From: Squalus acanthias
Taxonomy: Eukaryota
Reading direction: 5' to 3'
Length of the DNA stretch: 64,000 nt
NCBI GenBank assembly: GCA_030390025.1
Contig: CM059440.1
Location: 53,320,001 to 53,384,000 of the forward strand
This document shows positions 10,036 through 24,029 of the stretch, in pieces; position 1 is the stretch's first letter, and each line of letters begins with the position of its first letter. Under the pieces are notes generated by a model. That model did no database searches. It had not been told where the DNA came from and saw only the letters and a program-made list of their open reading frames with translations. The position numbers and the translations under genes are program-made.

Positions 10036-12496
10036 CAATAGAAATCTTGCAATATAAGACGCAAGTAACATAAAACAGCAATATTGCAAATACACAGCAG
10101 TTTAGGCAGTCCAGTATCGGGACCAGGGAAACATTATAACGTTAATGTATCTTTCTCTTTCAAATGCTGCTGTGTAATTCCTGCATTTTCTGTTTGTATT
10201 TCCTATTTCAAGGATCCGCGGGTTCCCTTTCATCGTTGAACCGCCTTTCCCATACAATCTGGAGTGAGTAAATTCCGGCAAAGCACAATCCAGACATCAC
10301 CAGAAGAGGACAAGACGAGCCCTCAGACCTCAGAGCACTGAGCACATCCCATTGCATTCCCCACAAGATGGCAATTGGGATAATATAATTTCATGGAGCA
10401 ATACTCACATAACCCATTCAGTCTGAAGATTTTGTTAGTGGAAATTCCCCCTGTTTAATGATCAATTTTCATCAAATAAAAAAGTCACAGAAAATTAACT
10501 TCTTAACTTCTTGATTCCACAAACGTCAATCTTCTCAATTGTGCATTCACCAAGAGGACTGCATTGCACAACATGGGACAACTGTTCTTCACTTATGAGG
10601 TTTTGAATCAGTGAACAGAGGCATAAAGGCCATTTTAATTGATTTTTTCATTCGTAATACATCAATATCTTTACCTTGGCTAATAAACAGCACGCTGCGG
10701 GAGCAACGTTACAGATCTCTGACTAACAGTCCTTAGAATAAACTTCCCTAGAAATTAATTGGGTGAGAGGGAAGGGTTTTGAGATAGATTTAATTGGATT
10801 GCACTAAAACTCCCCCCCTGGAATAACTACGATCTGAGACAGGATTTCTGATTGGGCCACACATATTCACTTCACACGGGCCAGTAATCCAATCTAACAC
10901 AGCCTGTGCTGAATGTGACTTTTCGCATGATTTGGTTATTTCCTGATTAAGCTGCTGTACTGATATTATTGTCTCAATGATACGGAGCAGACTGAGAGTC
11001 ACTGATGGCACAGAACATCACCCAGACACAGAATAAAATCCCTGTCTGAAATTGAAACACCAATATATTAGGAACATAGCTACCTCTATCAAAGATTGAT
11101 TTCAAGCCTGAATTATAATACCAATGTTGAAGTGGTTATAAATGAAGCTGGGCCTGCGGTTTATCGGGTCATTTCAACCATTTAATTGAATGGGTGTTTC
11201 ATAATCACTCATAGTGATCCATTAGCTTCTAAGCTATACAATAGTTTCACATGCCTGGTATCTCGAATTCTGGGTGTGGGTGGTGTGATAATGAATGACA
11301 CAGCAAGCAACCCCCCCTCCACACACACACACACACACTGGTTGTACACCTGCAGATAGCCTGCAATAGATAAATATTAACATTTCTTACACGTGCAGGC
11401 CTCAATGACATGACACTGCTTATTAACAAACTTCTCAGTCGCGAGGGTCCCAGACACCCACTAACTGATGGAAGGGACTGAACAGAAACAGGACTCGCGT
11501 TGGACCTTCAACTGGCCCCCTCATTGATACCAAACGTGCCATGTTCCTCGGGAAGATCGGGTTCGCTGCATCCACGGGAAATAAGCCAATTAACGTGGAG
11601 TTCCATTTCTCAAAAGAATGACAGCATTCATTTCAAAAATGCAGCCCAGCCTCCTGTCCGGACCATTGTATGGCTGGTATTTTCAAAGCTCTAACCAGAG
11701 TCCCACTGCACAATCTCAGATCTATACTTGTCTGGAAGGGATATGACATCACAATTAATGACTCTTGTCAAACAGATTTAATGTTTCACTCGTGCATGCA
11801 GTTTAAAGGTCAACTTGGGGGGGTGGGCATAAATCAAAACAGTCACAAATATCTCAGATAGACCTTTCCCTGAAATTAAATGTGCGAATTTTGATCTGAC
11901 TGTAGTTCATGGTTCTGTTTTTGCAGCAGCACTAGATTCACTTCACTTTGCTCAGCTCAGCAACACGTCAACATTGAATACACCCTACACAATCAGTCCA
12001 AGGTCATTTATTAACATTATGTTTTCTATTGGGGAGAGAGGGGGAATATGGTATTGAAATAGAGGATCAGCCATGATCATATTGAATGGCGGAGCAGGCT
12101 CGAAGGACCTACTCCTGCTCCTATTTTTCTATGTTTTCCTATTTCTTATTTACTGAAAATACATACTTGAAATTCTAGAAAACACCTGTTCTTTTTACCT
12201 ATGTTTGCTGAGTGCAGTCCATTCTAGGTCACATACGCAATTCGTGCACCTGTACAGCAGGTGAGAGGGTGATGCATTGGAACAGCAGACAGCACTGTCA
12301 CTTCAGCTCATCAAGGAGCGGTCCATGACTTTGCATCTGCGGTTCCCTCTGCAGTGAGTGGGTTAAGGCCATTCCCGTGGGGAGATCAGAGTGGACGGTC
12401 CCTCTCTGGGAGAAAGGGGGAAATCAGTGTCACACCCAGTCGGAGACAGAGGTCCAGGAGAAGGTTGACTGTCCCCTCTCCCACCTGGAAGAACAA

Positions 12497-12965
12497 AGAA
12501 AGACTTGCATTTCTATAGCGCCTTTCAGGACCACCAGACATCTCAAAGCGCTTTACAGCCAATGAAGTACTTTTTGAAGTGTATTCACTGTTGTAATGTA
12601 GGAAACGTGGCAGCCAATTTGCGCATAGCAAGCTCCCACAAACAGCAATGTGATAATGACCAGATAATCTGTTTTAGTGATGTTGGTTGAGGGATAAATA
12701 TTGGCCCAGGACACCGGGGATAACTCCCCCTGCTCTTCTTCGAAATAGTGCCATGGGATCTTTTCCATCCACCTGAGAGGGCAGACGGGGGGCCTCGGTT
12801 TAACGTCTCATCCGAAAGGCGGCACCTCCGACAGTGCAGCACTCCCTCAGCACTGCACTGAAGCGTCAGCCTAGATTTTTGTGCTCAAGTCTCTGGAGTG
12901 GGACGTGAACCCACAACCTTCTGACTCAGAGGCGAGAGTGCTGCCCACTGAGCCACAACTGATAC
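12497..12965 (-). mobile_element. DeuSINE (SacSINE1/AmnSINE-type) tRNA-derived SINE
   Basis: tRNA-like head, Deu core GCACTGTCGGAGGTGCCG..GGATGAGACGTTAAACCGAGGCC, L2-like tail AAGGCGCTATAGAAATGCAAG. Confidence 0.85.
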
Positions 12966-13142
12966 CCAGTGGAGGCATTTGGTGCAAGGAGGTGGCAGAA
13001 AGGAGTGAGAAGAAAATAAGAAATAAATGCCCTTAAAAAGACAGAATGATGAGATTCCCATTGCAGCATATTCTATCCTTGAAGGGCCTGATTGAGTTCC
13101 TTCACACGACAGGTATTGTGTGTTCAACATCTTCACTGGTAA

Positions 13143-13582
13143 CACGGTGGCATAGTGGTTAGCACTGGTGCCTCACAGCGCCAGGGACCCGGGTTCGAAT
13201 CTGGCCTCGGGTGACTGTCTGTGTGGAGTTTGCACATTCTCCCCGTGCCTGCGTGGGTTTCCTCCGGGTGCTCCGGTTTCCTCCCACAGTCCAAAAATGT
13301 GCGGGTTAGGTTGATTTGGCTATGATAAATTGACCCTTAGTGTTAGGGGGGGATTAAATATGTGGGGTTACGGGGATAGGATGGGATATGTTAGGGGGAA
13401 TTAAATATGTGGGGTTACGGGGATAGGGTGGGATATGTGTCGGTGCAGGCTCGATGGGGATTCTGTGTGAGAAAGCAGGGACAGGGTACTGGATTTGGAT
13501 GATCAGCCATGATCGTATTGAATGGTGGAGCAGGCTCGACGGGCCGAATGGCCTACTCCTGCTCCATGTTTCTATGTTTCTA
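13143..13582 (+). mobile_element. V-SINE (HE1-type)
   Basis: tRNA head, V-domain TGTGTGGAGTTTGCACATTCTCCCCGTG..GGGTTTCCTCCGGGTGCTCCGGTTTCCTCCCACAGTCCAAA, CR1-type tail ending (ATGTTTCT)n. Confidence 0.85.
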
Positions 13583-14089
13583 TAACATGTACACCTGTTT
13601 ACTACAACCTTGCAGATTTCATTTATTCAGTAGTGCGATTTAAGGAAAGAATGTGGTTTTGAAAATACCATTCGCACTATATTAATATAAATACTTTAGC
13701 ATTTCCGTTAACGTCAGCTGTAGATCAGTTGGTGTCATTAACCCATTGCTGTTTGTGGGAGCTTGCTGTGCGCAAATTGGCTGCCACGTTTCCTACATTA
13801 CCAACAGTGACTGCACTTCAAAAAAGTACTTCATTGGCTGTATAGACCTGAGGTCGTGAAAGGCGCTATTTAAATGCATGTCTCTCTTTTTTATTTGCTT
13901 GCTTTCATTTAGCCATCTTTCGTGCTGCCACATCCCCTTTAATGATATTGTTTATTGAGAAGATTGTGGAATAATCTAAGAAAAATCAGCAACTTTTTAT
14001 TAGTGGCATGATTTCTTATTCATGGTCAGAAAGTGCAGCAACGGAACGGGGGAAGGGGGAGAGAAGTTGAATCTTAGGGAAAGAGCTTA

Positions 14090-14517
14090 GTGTCAGCTCC
14101 GGGTCAGAGAGTTGTGGGTTCAAGCCCCACTCCAGACATTTGAGCACAAAAATCTAGACTGGCACTCCAGTGCTGCACTGTCAGAGGTGTCGCCTTTCAG
14201 ATGAGACATTAAACCGAGGCCCCATCTCTTCTCTCAGGTGGACCTAAAAGATCCCGCGGCACTATTTCGAAGAAGAGCAGGGGAGTTCTCCCCGCTGTCC
14301 TGGGCCAATATTTATCCCTCAACTAACATCACAGAAACAGATTATCTGGCCATTATCTTATTGTTGTTTGTGGGAGCTTGCTGTATATAAATTGGCTGCC
14401 GCGTTTCCTACATTACAACAGTGACTACACTTCAAAAAGTGCTTCATTGGCTGTAAAGCACTTTGGGACGTCCTGTGGTCATGAAAGGCGCTACAGAAAT
14501 GCAAGTCTTTCTTTTAC
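14090..14517 (+). mobile_element. DeuSINE
   Basis: Same head/core/tail as 12497-12965; a short internally deleted copy also lies at about 13712-13890. Confidence 0.85.
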
Positions 14518-15147
14518 TCTTATTTCCAAGGAAAGTATTGTAAAATTAAATAAACATGCACCTTACAAGAGCTTTTCAAATACCCATTCTTCACCTCCTT
14601 TATGTCGTAAAGACCCTCGACCCTCTTTCCTGGAATTACACGTGGGGACTGAAGTGATGTTAGAAAGGGGATGGAAATTGGACCTTGGCGGGCAGACGTC
14701 ATATTTTTAATATGATACATGGATTGATATATAATATAAACATATACATATGCAGTCCCAGTTTTAAAATCACCAATTCTGCCCTTAATTGCATATAATA
14801 CTTTGATTTGATATTATTTATAATTAAATAGCAAAACTGACAACAGTTTGGGAAGCAGAGAAGGAGTTTCTCTACAGTACAGGCTGAGGAGCTGGGAGAC
14901 TCAAAACTGAGTACCATCACTGGCAGGAGGGTGTCATTATAGCCGACATAGACAGCTGCCATTATAAATTTGGACCTGGGAATTTATAATAGAAAAAAGT
15001 TGACAAAAGTATGACAAGAATGTGACAACAGAAAGTAAGGTTTGGTGTACAGGAATTGCAAACAGACATAAGAATTTTAATATATTACAGATACATACAG
15101 TGTATCTCAGCTGAACTCAAAAGCTTCTTCACAACAGACTCTTGATT

Positions 15148-17330
15148 AGAATCACAGAATCTTCCAGCACAGAAGGAGCCCATTCGGCCCGTCGTGCCTG
15201 CGCTGCCTCTTTGAAAGAGCAGTCGTGCTCAGTCCCTCACCCTCGCTTTTTGTCCGCCACCCTGTGAGTTCCTCATCCTCCAGTACCCGTCCAACTCCAT
15301 TCAATTATTGATGGAATCGGCTTCCACCAGCTTTTCGGGTCGAGCGTTCCAGATCCCCACAACTCTCTGAGTGAAAAAAATTCTCCTCATCTCTCCTCGA
15401 GATCTTTTGCCGATGATTTTAAATCTTCGACCGCTGGTTATTGACCCACTCGCCAGAGGGAATCGTTTTTCTATCTCTACTCTATCAAAATCTCTCATCA
15501 TCTTGAAAACCTCTATTAGGTCTCCTCTTCACCAGAACAGTCCTAACTTTTCCAACCTCTCCTCATAACTGAAGCCCCTCCTCCCTGGTAACATCCTGGT
15601 AAACCTCCTCTGCACCCTTTCTAAGGCCTTTACATCTTTCCTGAAGTGCGGTGCCCAGAATTGACCACAATACTCCAGCTGAAGCCTAAGCAATAATTTA
15701 TAAAGTTCTAGCATGATCTCTTTGCTTTTATATTCTATTCCTCTATTTATAAACCCAAGTAACCCATATGCTTTTTTTTAACCAACTTATCAACTTGCCC
15801 TGCCACCTTTAAGGATTTGTGTATATGGACACCAAGGTCTCTCTGCTCATCTACACTTTTTTAAATTGTGCCATTTATTGTACACTGTCTTTCCATATTA
15901 GTCCTCCCAAAGTGCATCACTTCACACTTCTCCGCATTGAACTCAATCTGCCGTGCTTCTGCCCATTTCACCATCCTGTCTGTCTGTCAGCCTGAAGTCT
16001 ACAACTATCCTCATCACTATCTACTACGTTGCCAAGTTTTGCATTATCTGCAAACTTTATAATGCTGCTCCCTACACCCGAGTCTAGGTCGTTTATAAAA
16101 ATTGAAAAGAGTAATTGACCCAAAACTGACCCTTGGAGAACACCAGTGCAAACCAGCTCCCACTCTGAAAAACATCTCTCCACCACCTCCCTCTGCTTCC
16201 TGTCACTGAGCCAATTCCATATCCATACCGCCACTTTCCCCTGAATTCCATGGGCTTCCATCTTCTTAACAAGCCTCCTGTGGGGCACTTTGTCGAATGC
16301 CTTACAAAAGTCCATATATACAACATCTATTGCACTACCTCGATCAACCTTCTCTGTTACCCCATCAAAGAATTCAATCAAGTTAGTCAGACACGATTTG
16401 CCTTTAACAAATCCATGCTGGCTCTCCTTGATTCAGCCATGCCTTTCCAAATGAAAGTTTATTTTGTCCCTGATAATGGTTTCTAATAACTTCCCCACCA
16501 CTGGTGTTAGGCTGACTGGCCTGTAGTTTCCTGGTCTATCCCTCTCCCCTTTCTTGAATAGTGGTGTAACATTAGCAACCCTCCAGGCCTCTGGCACTAC
16601 TCCTGTATCCAATGAGGTTTGAAAGATTGTGACCAATCCCTCTGCTATTTCTACCTTTGCTTTGTTCATCAACCTAGGATGCATTCCATCTGGACCAGGT
16701 GACTTACCAACTTTCAGTAATGCTAATCTTTTTAGTACATTTTCTTTATCTATTACTATCTTGTCCATAACTTCCCTCTCCTCTTTTAGTGTAACCTTCA
16801 CATCATCCATATCCTTTGTGAAGACAGATGCAAAATATTCATTTAATACGTTAGCCATGTCCTCTACCTCTACATTAAAATTTCCGTTTGGGCCCATAAT
16901 AGGCCCAACTTTTTCCCTAGCTAACCACTTACACTTTTATAAAAAGTTTTAGGGTTCAATTTATTGTTGCCTGCTAATCTTCTCTCGTAACCTCTCTTTG
17001 CCTCCCGTATTAACTTTTTCAATTCCCTCCTGTACTCTCCATAATCTCCATAATCTTCCTGATTATTAATTAAATCTTGCTCCTGACATTTGTCATAAGC
17101 CTCCTTTTTCTGTTTTATTTTAACTTTTATTTCCTTTGTCATACAGGACGCATTAGCTCTGGATGCTCTACCTTTTCCCTTCAAAGGAATATACCTAGTT
17201 TGTACCTGAACTATCTCTTCCGTGAATGCCTTCCATTGCTCTGTTATGCTTTACCCTGCAATCACCTTTTTAAATCACTGAAATTAGCTGTTCCCCAGTT
17301 GAGTATTTTAACCTTCGATATTTTCTGATT
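15148..17330 (-). mobile_element. CR1 LINE, 5'-truncated, degraded ORF2
   Basis: KSPGPDGMHPR, NYRPVSLT, DVVYMDFCKAFDKVPH, QGSVLG, KFAD, RVQRRFTR motifs and 3' UTR. Confidence 0.92.
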
Positions 17331-17363
17331 GTAGACTACATTTCTGGCTAGAATATCAGGTTG

Positions 17364-17812
17364 AAAGAAAGACTTGCATTTCTATAGCACCTTTCACAAC
17401 CACAGGACATCTCAAAGCGCTTTACAGCCAATGAAGTACTTTTTGAAGTGTAGTCACTGTTGTAATGTGGGAAACGTGGCAGCCAATTTGTTCACAGCAA
17501 GCTCCCACAAACAGCAATGTGATAATGACCAGATAATCTGTTTTAGTGATGTTGGTTGAGGGATAAATATTGGCCTAGGACACCGGGGATAACTCCCCTG
17601 CTCTTCTTCAAAATAGTGCCATGGGATCTTTACATCCACCTGAGAGAGCAGACGGGGCCTCGGTTTAATGCCTCATCCAAAAGACGGCACCTCCGACAGT
17701 GCAGCACCCCCTCAGTACTGCACTGGAGTGTCAGCCTAGATTTTTGTGCTCAAGTCTCTGGCAACCTTCTGGCTCAGAGGCGAGGGTGCTAACCATTGAG
17801 CCATGGCTGACA
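17364..17812 (-). mobile_element. DeuSINE
   Basis: Family head/core/tail. Confidence 0.85.
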
Positions 17813-18466
17813 CAGGTTGCATTGATGCTAATTATGGTTTTATGGATTCTGTATCCAAGGCTATTGAAGTTGACCATTATTGTGCCATGGAATGCAAACC
17901 TCAATACCTGAACAACATCAGTGGGAGCAATAGTATGATATGCTTCAACTGTGGTTGCTGCCATGTACTTCAGGTCTCCCTTGTAGATACCACTGATGCT
18001 CCATGCTACTTAATGGCAGTCTGCAGAATAGACAACCTTTGCTCCAAACATCAACCCACTGGGTAGCATCTGTAGCAGACCGTTCCACAAAAATTATTAG
18101 AGTTTCGTTATTTCATTGTGCCCCCTCTGGTCTACAGACTGAACATTCCAATGCCCTTGGGCTTTAAGATTCTTGCAGAACTGGCTATATATTCTCTGGT
18201 AAATGTACTAACTGTTTATTTGTTTCACTAGGTTTTGCCAGGGAGCAAATGGCTGTTGGATCTATGCATGCTCCTGAAGTATCCTCCATTTCATAGCCGG
18301 TCCTGTGAGAGCTGAATGACAAAGAGACTCAGTAGGGAACCTGGCACATCTAGGCTCTTGCTCAGCAGTGCTGCATCTCTGACCCTTCCATGTAAACTGA
18401 CTCCCTCTGTGACTCTTCCTGTAAATCTGTGAAAGCCTCTGAGCTGTTGGTGCCTTATTTAAACCA

Positions 18467-18826
18467 TGAGGTGTACAAAATTATGAGGGGCATAGATAGG
18501 GTAGATAGAAAGGAACTTTTCCCCTTAGTAGCGGGGTCAATAACCAGGGGGCATAGTTTCAAGGTAAGGGGTAGGAGGTTTAGAGGGGATTTGAGGAAAA
18601 CTTTTTCACCCAGAGGGTGGTTGGAATCTGGAACTCACTGCCTGAAAGGATGGTAGAGGCAGGAACCCTCACAACATTCAAGAAGCATTTAGATGAGCAC
18701 TTGAAATGCCATAGCATACAAGGCTACGGACCAAGTGCTTGAAAATGGGATTAGAATAGACAGGGCTTGATGGCCGGCGTGGACACGATGGGCCGAAGGG
18801 CCTCTTTCTGTGCTGTATAACTCTAT
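18467..18826 (+). mobile_element. CR1 LINE 3' fragment
   Basis: EVYKIMRGIDRVD..TRGH; the tail microsatellite resumes after the MITE at 19511. Confidence 0.85.
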
Positions 18827-19510
18827 GGGCTGGATTTTGATACTGGGGTGGGTTGGGGTTGTGTCATCCACTTTTCGTGTTATCCACCCGACTGCAATTG
18901 GATGTGGGAGATTGATGCAATTTTCACCTAATTGGGCAATTGAGTTCCAGCATGTGGGAACCCATGAACCAATTAGTGTTTTCAGTCTGAAAGTCGCCTC
19001 TGATGATGTCATCATTGCTGCTGCATTGAAGGTCTTCAAACACTGCCTGGCCTTTGCTGTGAGAGGACCTGGAGGCAAAATGAGCAGCAGCAGTCCTAAG
19101 TCTGCGCCCAGATATTTTTACACCACCACTCCCAGATATGTCTCCTCTCCATCCATCCACATATGCATCCCCACAGCCTGCCTGCCTGCCTCAACTATCC
19201 ATATCCAAATGTGCTCCCACCAGGCTTCACAATCGTGGTTCAGAACAGGCGTGCTTCACGTAGAACAAGGGTTAAAATCACAAAGGCCTTTCAAAATGGC
19301 ATTATAGAGCCAATTTAGTGTTTGTTGAGGGCCTTAACAACCTATCCCGCCTCTTAAAGGCGGGACAGAGTCGGGACCAGCAGACACGATTTAATGAAAA
19401 TTGCGTGGAGGCGGGATGGAGGCGGACTTGTGCCCGCCCGCCAGTTTTCACAATTTTAACCCCCCACATGCCTCCAAACCCGCCTCCACGGGTCAATGAA
19501 AATCCAGCCC
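18827..19510. mobile_element. Non-autonomous DNA transposon (PIF/Harbinger-like MITE)
   Basis: Perfect 12-bp TIR GGGCTGGATTTT/AAAATCCAGCCC with 3-bp TSD TAT. Confidence 0.8.
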
Positions 19511-19966
19511 TATGACTCTATGACTATGTGATAATGTAGAGGCCTGCAGTGAGACTCATTGCTAAGAGGGTCTGACTTGCTGCTCCTATAGTTTTGGATA
19601 CATGCAACAAAACAAAAAGGACAGATGTTCCAGCTTCACCATGTGATGGTTACACAGATAATATATGCCATATAATTTACAGCGCACCAGATTCTTTGCT
19701 TTATACCGCCTGAAGAAGAATTAATTGTACAAGTAAGATTTGTGATTTCAAACTTCTCTTCCAGCATGCCTATCAGCCATACTGAGCACTCCCTTCAATC
19801 CAATGACTTCCATTATAGCCTCTTTGAAATTGGGGAGGGGTTTGGTCTTCTGAGACCTTTTGCCTGTCTGCGTTGGCCGCCTCAGTTCTATATTGACTTT
19901 TTCTGAATGGAAAAGAAAAATATAAATCGAATGAACAGATTTTTAGCCCTGTCAGTTTAATGACCT

Positions 19967-20732
19967 TTTTTAAATTCATTCCTGGGATGTGGCAATGCCA
20001 GCATTTATTGCCCATCTCTAATTGCCCTTGAGAAGGTGGTGGTGAGCCGCCTTCTTGAACCGCTGCAGTCCGTGTGGTGAAGGCTCTCCCACAGTGCTGT
20101 TAGGGAGGGAGTTCCAGGATTTTGACCCAACGACGATGAAGGAACGTCGATATATTTCTAAGTCAGGATGGTGTGTGACTTGGAGGGGAATTGCAGGTGA
20201 TGGTGTTCCCATGCATCTGCTGCCCTTGTCCTTCTAGGTGGTAGAGGTCACGGGTTTGGGAGGTGCTGCCGAAGAAGCCTTGGCGAGTTGCTGCAGTGCA
20301 TCTTGTAGATGGCAGCCACGGTACGCCGGTGGCGGAGGGAGTGAATGTTTAAGGTGGTGGATGGGGTGCCGATCAAGCGGGCTGCTTTGTCCTGGATGGT
20401 GTCGAGCTTCTTGAGTGTTGTTGGAGCTGCACTCATCCAGGCAAGTGGAGAGTATTCCAACACCTGACTTGTGCCTTGTAGATGGTAGAAAGGCTTTGGA
20501 GAGTCAGGAGGTGAGACACTCGCCACAGAATACCCAGCCTCTGACCTGTTCTTGTAGCCACAGTATTTATGAGGCTGGTCCAGTTAAGTTTCTGGTGAAT
20601 AGTGACTCCCAGGATGTTGATGGTAATGCCGTTGAATGTCAAGGGGCAGTGGTTAGACTCTCGCTTGTTGGAGATAGTCATTGCCTGGCATTTGTGTGGT
20701 GCGAATGTTACTTGCCACTTATCAGCCCAAGC
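19967..20732 (-). mobile_element. Poly(A)-tailed LINE 3' fragment (same family as 4940-7470)
   Basis: Near-identical ORF2 C-terminus ([30 protein letters not shown]) and tail. Confidence 0.9.
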
Positions 20733-23149
20733 ATAGTTTCATGTAAAATGGTGATATCCAAATTTCTGCCCATGGATCAAATGTGATCCGTGGGATTCTT
20801 TGATCTGTCCCATAAAGATCCTTCCTCGTGTCTGTATGCACAGCCAAATTTAGCACCTTCAAGCTGTTAAAGTTGCTTGGCTTGGAGGACTGGAAAAGAA
20901 TTGCTTCTGCTTTGTGGATTTGAATAAATCAGGAAGCAGCGTTGGCAGTCCTCCAGCCCTGACAATATTAAAGAGCTGAAGCATTGTCTTACACTCCCCC
21001 TGCTGCTTTCCTGATCTTACCCGTTGCCTCTGTTGACAGAGAAAACATCTTTTGAAGTGGACATTATATTCTTGAAGATAGTGGAATCTTTCTAAAGATG
21101 CAATCTAAGAGGGGGCAAGAGAACCGAGGAGAGGGAGAGCGAGAGAGAGAGAGAGAGAGAACAAATGAGTGAGAGGTCTAGAAAAAGGGTAAGAGTAGGC
21201 AGATAATGAAGAAAGGAAAACAAAAACACCAGGCTTCAGGAGAGGGGGAGGATGAGGAGAAAAGAGGGTGAGGAAGAGTGGGAGAAAGGAGGGGAAAGAG
21301 AATGGGGGCCCTCACATATTGCTTTTTTGTAAATGGGGTGTCTTGCTTTTTTGTGTATGGGGCTTACATTCTTGTGTATGGGGGCTTGTATTATTGTGAC
21401 CCATTCATTGGTTTTGACGCTTGTACCCAGCTCCATCTCCAAAAGTACCTGACCTACAGAATGCTTGAGAGAGTGATCACGAGCTGATTGAGTGCACTGT
21501 AATTGTCAACTGCATGTGTGTGTAATTATAGCCAATCTTCACTCTTGACTACTAGCCTGAAGAGAAAAAGAAAAAATGCCTTTCTTCCTGCAGAGTAAGT
21601 AATTGATCCCCTCCGCATTTGATTACCTCAGGCTAGTAAAGGTTTGGGGCCTATCAGAAAGTGTACTGGGTAGAATTTCCCAAGGAGGCCTAGGAACTCC
21701 CCCAGGGAAGGGGGGCAGTGGAAGATCTACCCTGTAATGGAATAGCCATATTTCAGAAAAATACACCATCCTATGAACAGATTTCTGATATTATTAATAC
21801 ATGATATACTGGGGTTAAAAGTCTGGAAAGCCTCGGCGACACAGGCTGCAAACACAATACAGGCTTTTGAGATAAGAACAGTTGATAACAAAAGCTGTAA
21901 ACACCAAACAAGCTTTGAAATGGGAATTGGTTTGTAAATACAAAGACAAAGGCCCTATTGAAAAAGCAAAGGCTTGCTTCCGAGATGTCTACAGTATGGA
22001 ACCAACACAATAGCAATGTCCAAGTAAAGTGTTGGAAACCAACACTTCGAACAGGAACACAGAATATTAAAAAACCATGGGGGGAAAATTCAGTTGGTTG
22101 CGCCTCCCGTTAGCGCCTTAAGAGGGCGCTAATGGGGCGTAAAGCAACTAGCGCCCAGGCGCGGCGATGTTTGCGACGCTCGCGAAATTAACTAGATCTT
22201 TTGCGGCGGCGCTAAACAGTACCACCACAATCTCCTGTGCTGGCAGATTGTGACGTCAGTCGAGTGCGCAACGCCCCTGTAGCGCTCCGGAGCGGATATT
22301 GAGTGGCGCCCCCTGCCTTACCGCCTGCCGCTAGTAATGACAGGTTAAGGGGAGCGTTTTGCAGTCAGGAAGGGACTGGGGGAGCGCTATTTAAAGGCGA
22401 CCGCTTCCTGCCTTTTTTTGTTGGCGACATTTTTGAACCACGCATTCTGAGAGAGAGATTAAGAAATAAGTAGAAGTGTGGAAATGTAACGAAGTTAAGA
22501 TTTGAGAATAAAGATCTCTGATAAGAAATGTAAACTATTTGTATTTTGAACGGTTAAAGTTGCGATTGACTTATCAGCTGTTAACTGTATGTCGGCTCTT
22601 AAATAAATCTATATATTTTTTTAATTGTCTCAAGTAGTATTTCTGTATCAACCTCGCGAACTCAATTTCTGTACACTCTTTTGTGAGGAGTTGCAGAATT
22701 CTGGGGGCGGGGGGGGGGGTTTCCGGACCCTCATAATATCCGGAAGGTTACAGTCTAGTTAAACTTATTAAAAGTGCTATCCGGAGGATGGTAACATCTT
22801 CAGGCCGTTCCTTTCCTTTAGGGAGAGATAGTCTGAACCTTTAGACCCAATTAAGCGTCTCTAGGATTCGGCTACCGCTAACTTTAGTTGAAGGTGAACG
22901 TCTGGGGAATACGCCGGATCTGGGGTAGCCCGAGAAGGGCTAGGACTTGTAATTATCCCTTCAACCCATGCTACCCCACCCCCCACCAAACCCTTCAAGT
23001 CACTCCCAACACGCACAGGTGCATGTGCACACAAAATGATGTACCTCTTACTGCAGTCATATTTATTGATGACTGTGTTTCATATCAGTTCAGCTACACA
23101 TTGGCGGTCATATCTGAATATGGTAAATTGATAGAAATTATGTTGAAAA

Positions 23150-23990
23150 AGGGATACCCGTTCAACCATCACCCCTGTGCTCGCTGACCTACATTGGCTC
23201 CTGGTTAAACAATGCCTCGATTTTAAATTTCTCATCCTTGTTTTCAAATCCCTTCATGGCCTCACCCCTTTCTAACTCTGTAATCTCCTCCAGCCCCACA
23301 ACCCTCCGAGATATCTGTGCTCCTCTAATTCTGCCCTCTTGAGGATCCCCGATTTTAATCACTCCACCATTGGTGGCCGTGCCTTCAGCTGCCGAGGCCC
23401 TAAGCTCGGGAACTCCCTCCCTAAACCTCTCCACCTCTCTATCCTCCTTTAAGACGTTCCTTTAAACCGACCTCTTTGACCAAGCTTTTGGTCACCTGCC
23501 CTAATTTATCCTTATGTGGCTCAGTGTCAAATTTTTTGTCTTATTCTGAAGGGGATTGACTGGGTAGATGCTAAGAGGTTTTTTCCCCTGGCTGGAGAGT
23601 CTAGAACTAGGGGGCATAGTCTCAGGATAAGGGGTCGGCTATTTAAGACTGAGATGAGGAGGAATTTCTTCACTCAGAGGGTTGTGACTCTTTGGAATTC
23701 TCTACCCCAAAGGGCTGTGAATGCTGAGTCTTTGAGTATATTCAAGGCTGAGATCAATAGATTTTTGGACTCTAGAGGAATCAAGGGATATGGAGATCGG
23801 GCGAGAAAGTGGAGTTGAGGTCGATGATCAGCCATGATCTTATTGAATGGCGGAGCAGGCTCGAGGGACCGTATGGCCTACTCCTGCTCTTATTTCTTAT
23901 GTTCTTATGTTCTTATAATACTCCTGTGAAGTGCCTTGGGACGTTTTACTACATTAAAGGCGCTATATAAAATAAGTTGTTGTTGTTAAA
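23150..23990 (+). mobile_element. L2 LINE 3' end with a nested CR1 3' fragment (about 23540-23916)
   Basis: L2 C-terminus HITPVLADLHWL-like and tail AAAGGCGCTATATAAAATAAG(TTG)n, split by CR1 TRGHSLRIRG..FFTQRVV. Confidence 0.8.
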
Positions 23991-24029
23991 TGTTTGACAT
24001 TGCAAAGGTTGAGCACATTGAAGAATACA

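Noticed and set aside
10068-10200. Palindromic short repeat resembling shark Penelope-associated elements (also about 53530-53620)
   Set aside because: Too degraded to classify or bound confidently by eye.
13143-13215. tRNA genes (also the heads at about 12900-12965, 56980 and 59660-59723)
   Set aside because: These are tRNA-derived SINE heads continuous with SINE bodies.
10040-22000. Neighbouring host gene such as TDH or FAM167 expected from synteny
   Set aside because: No recognisable exon motifs were found in this interval.
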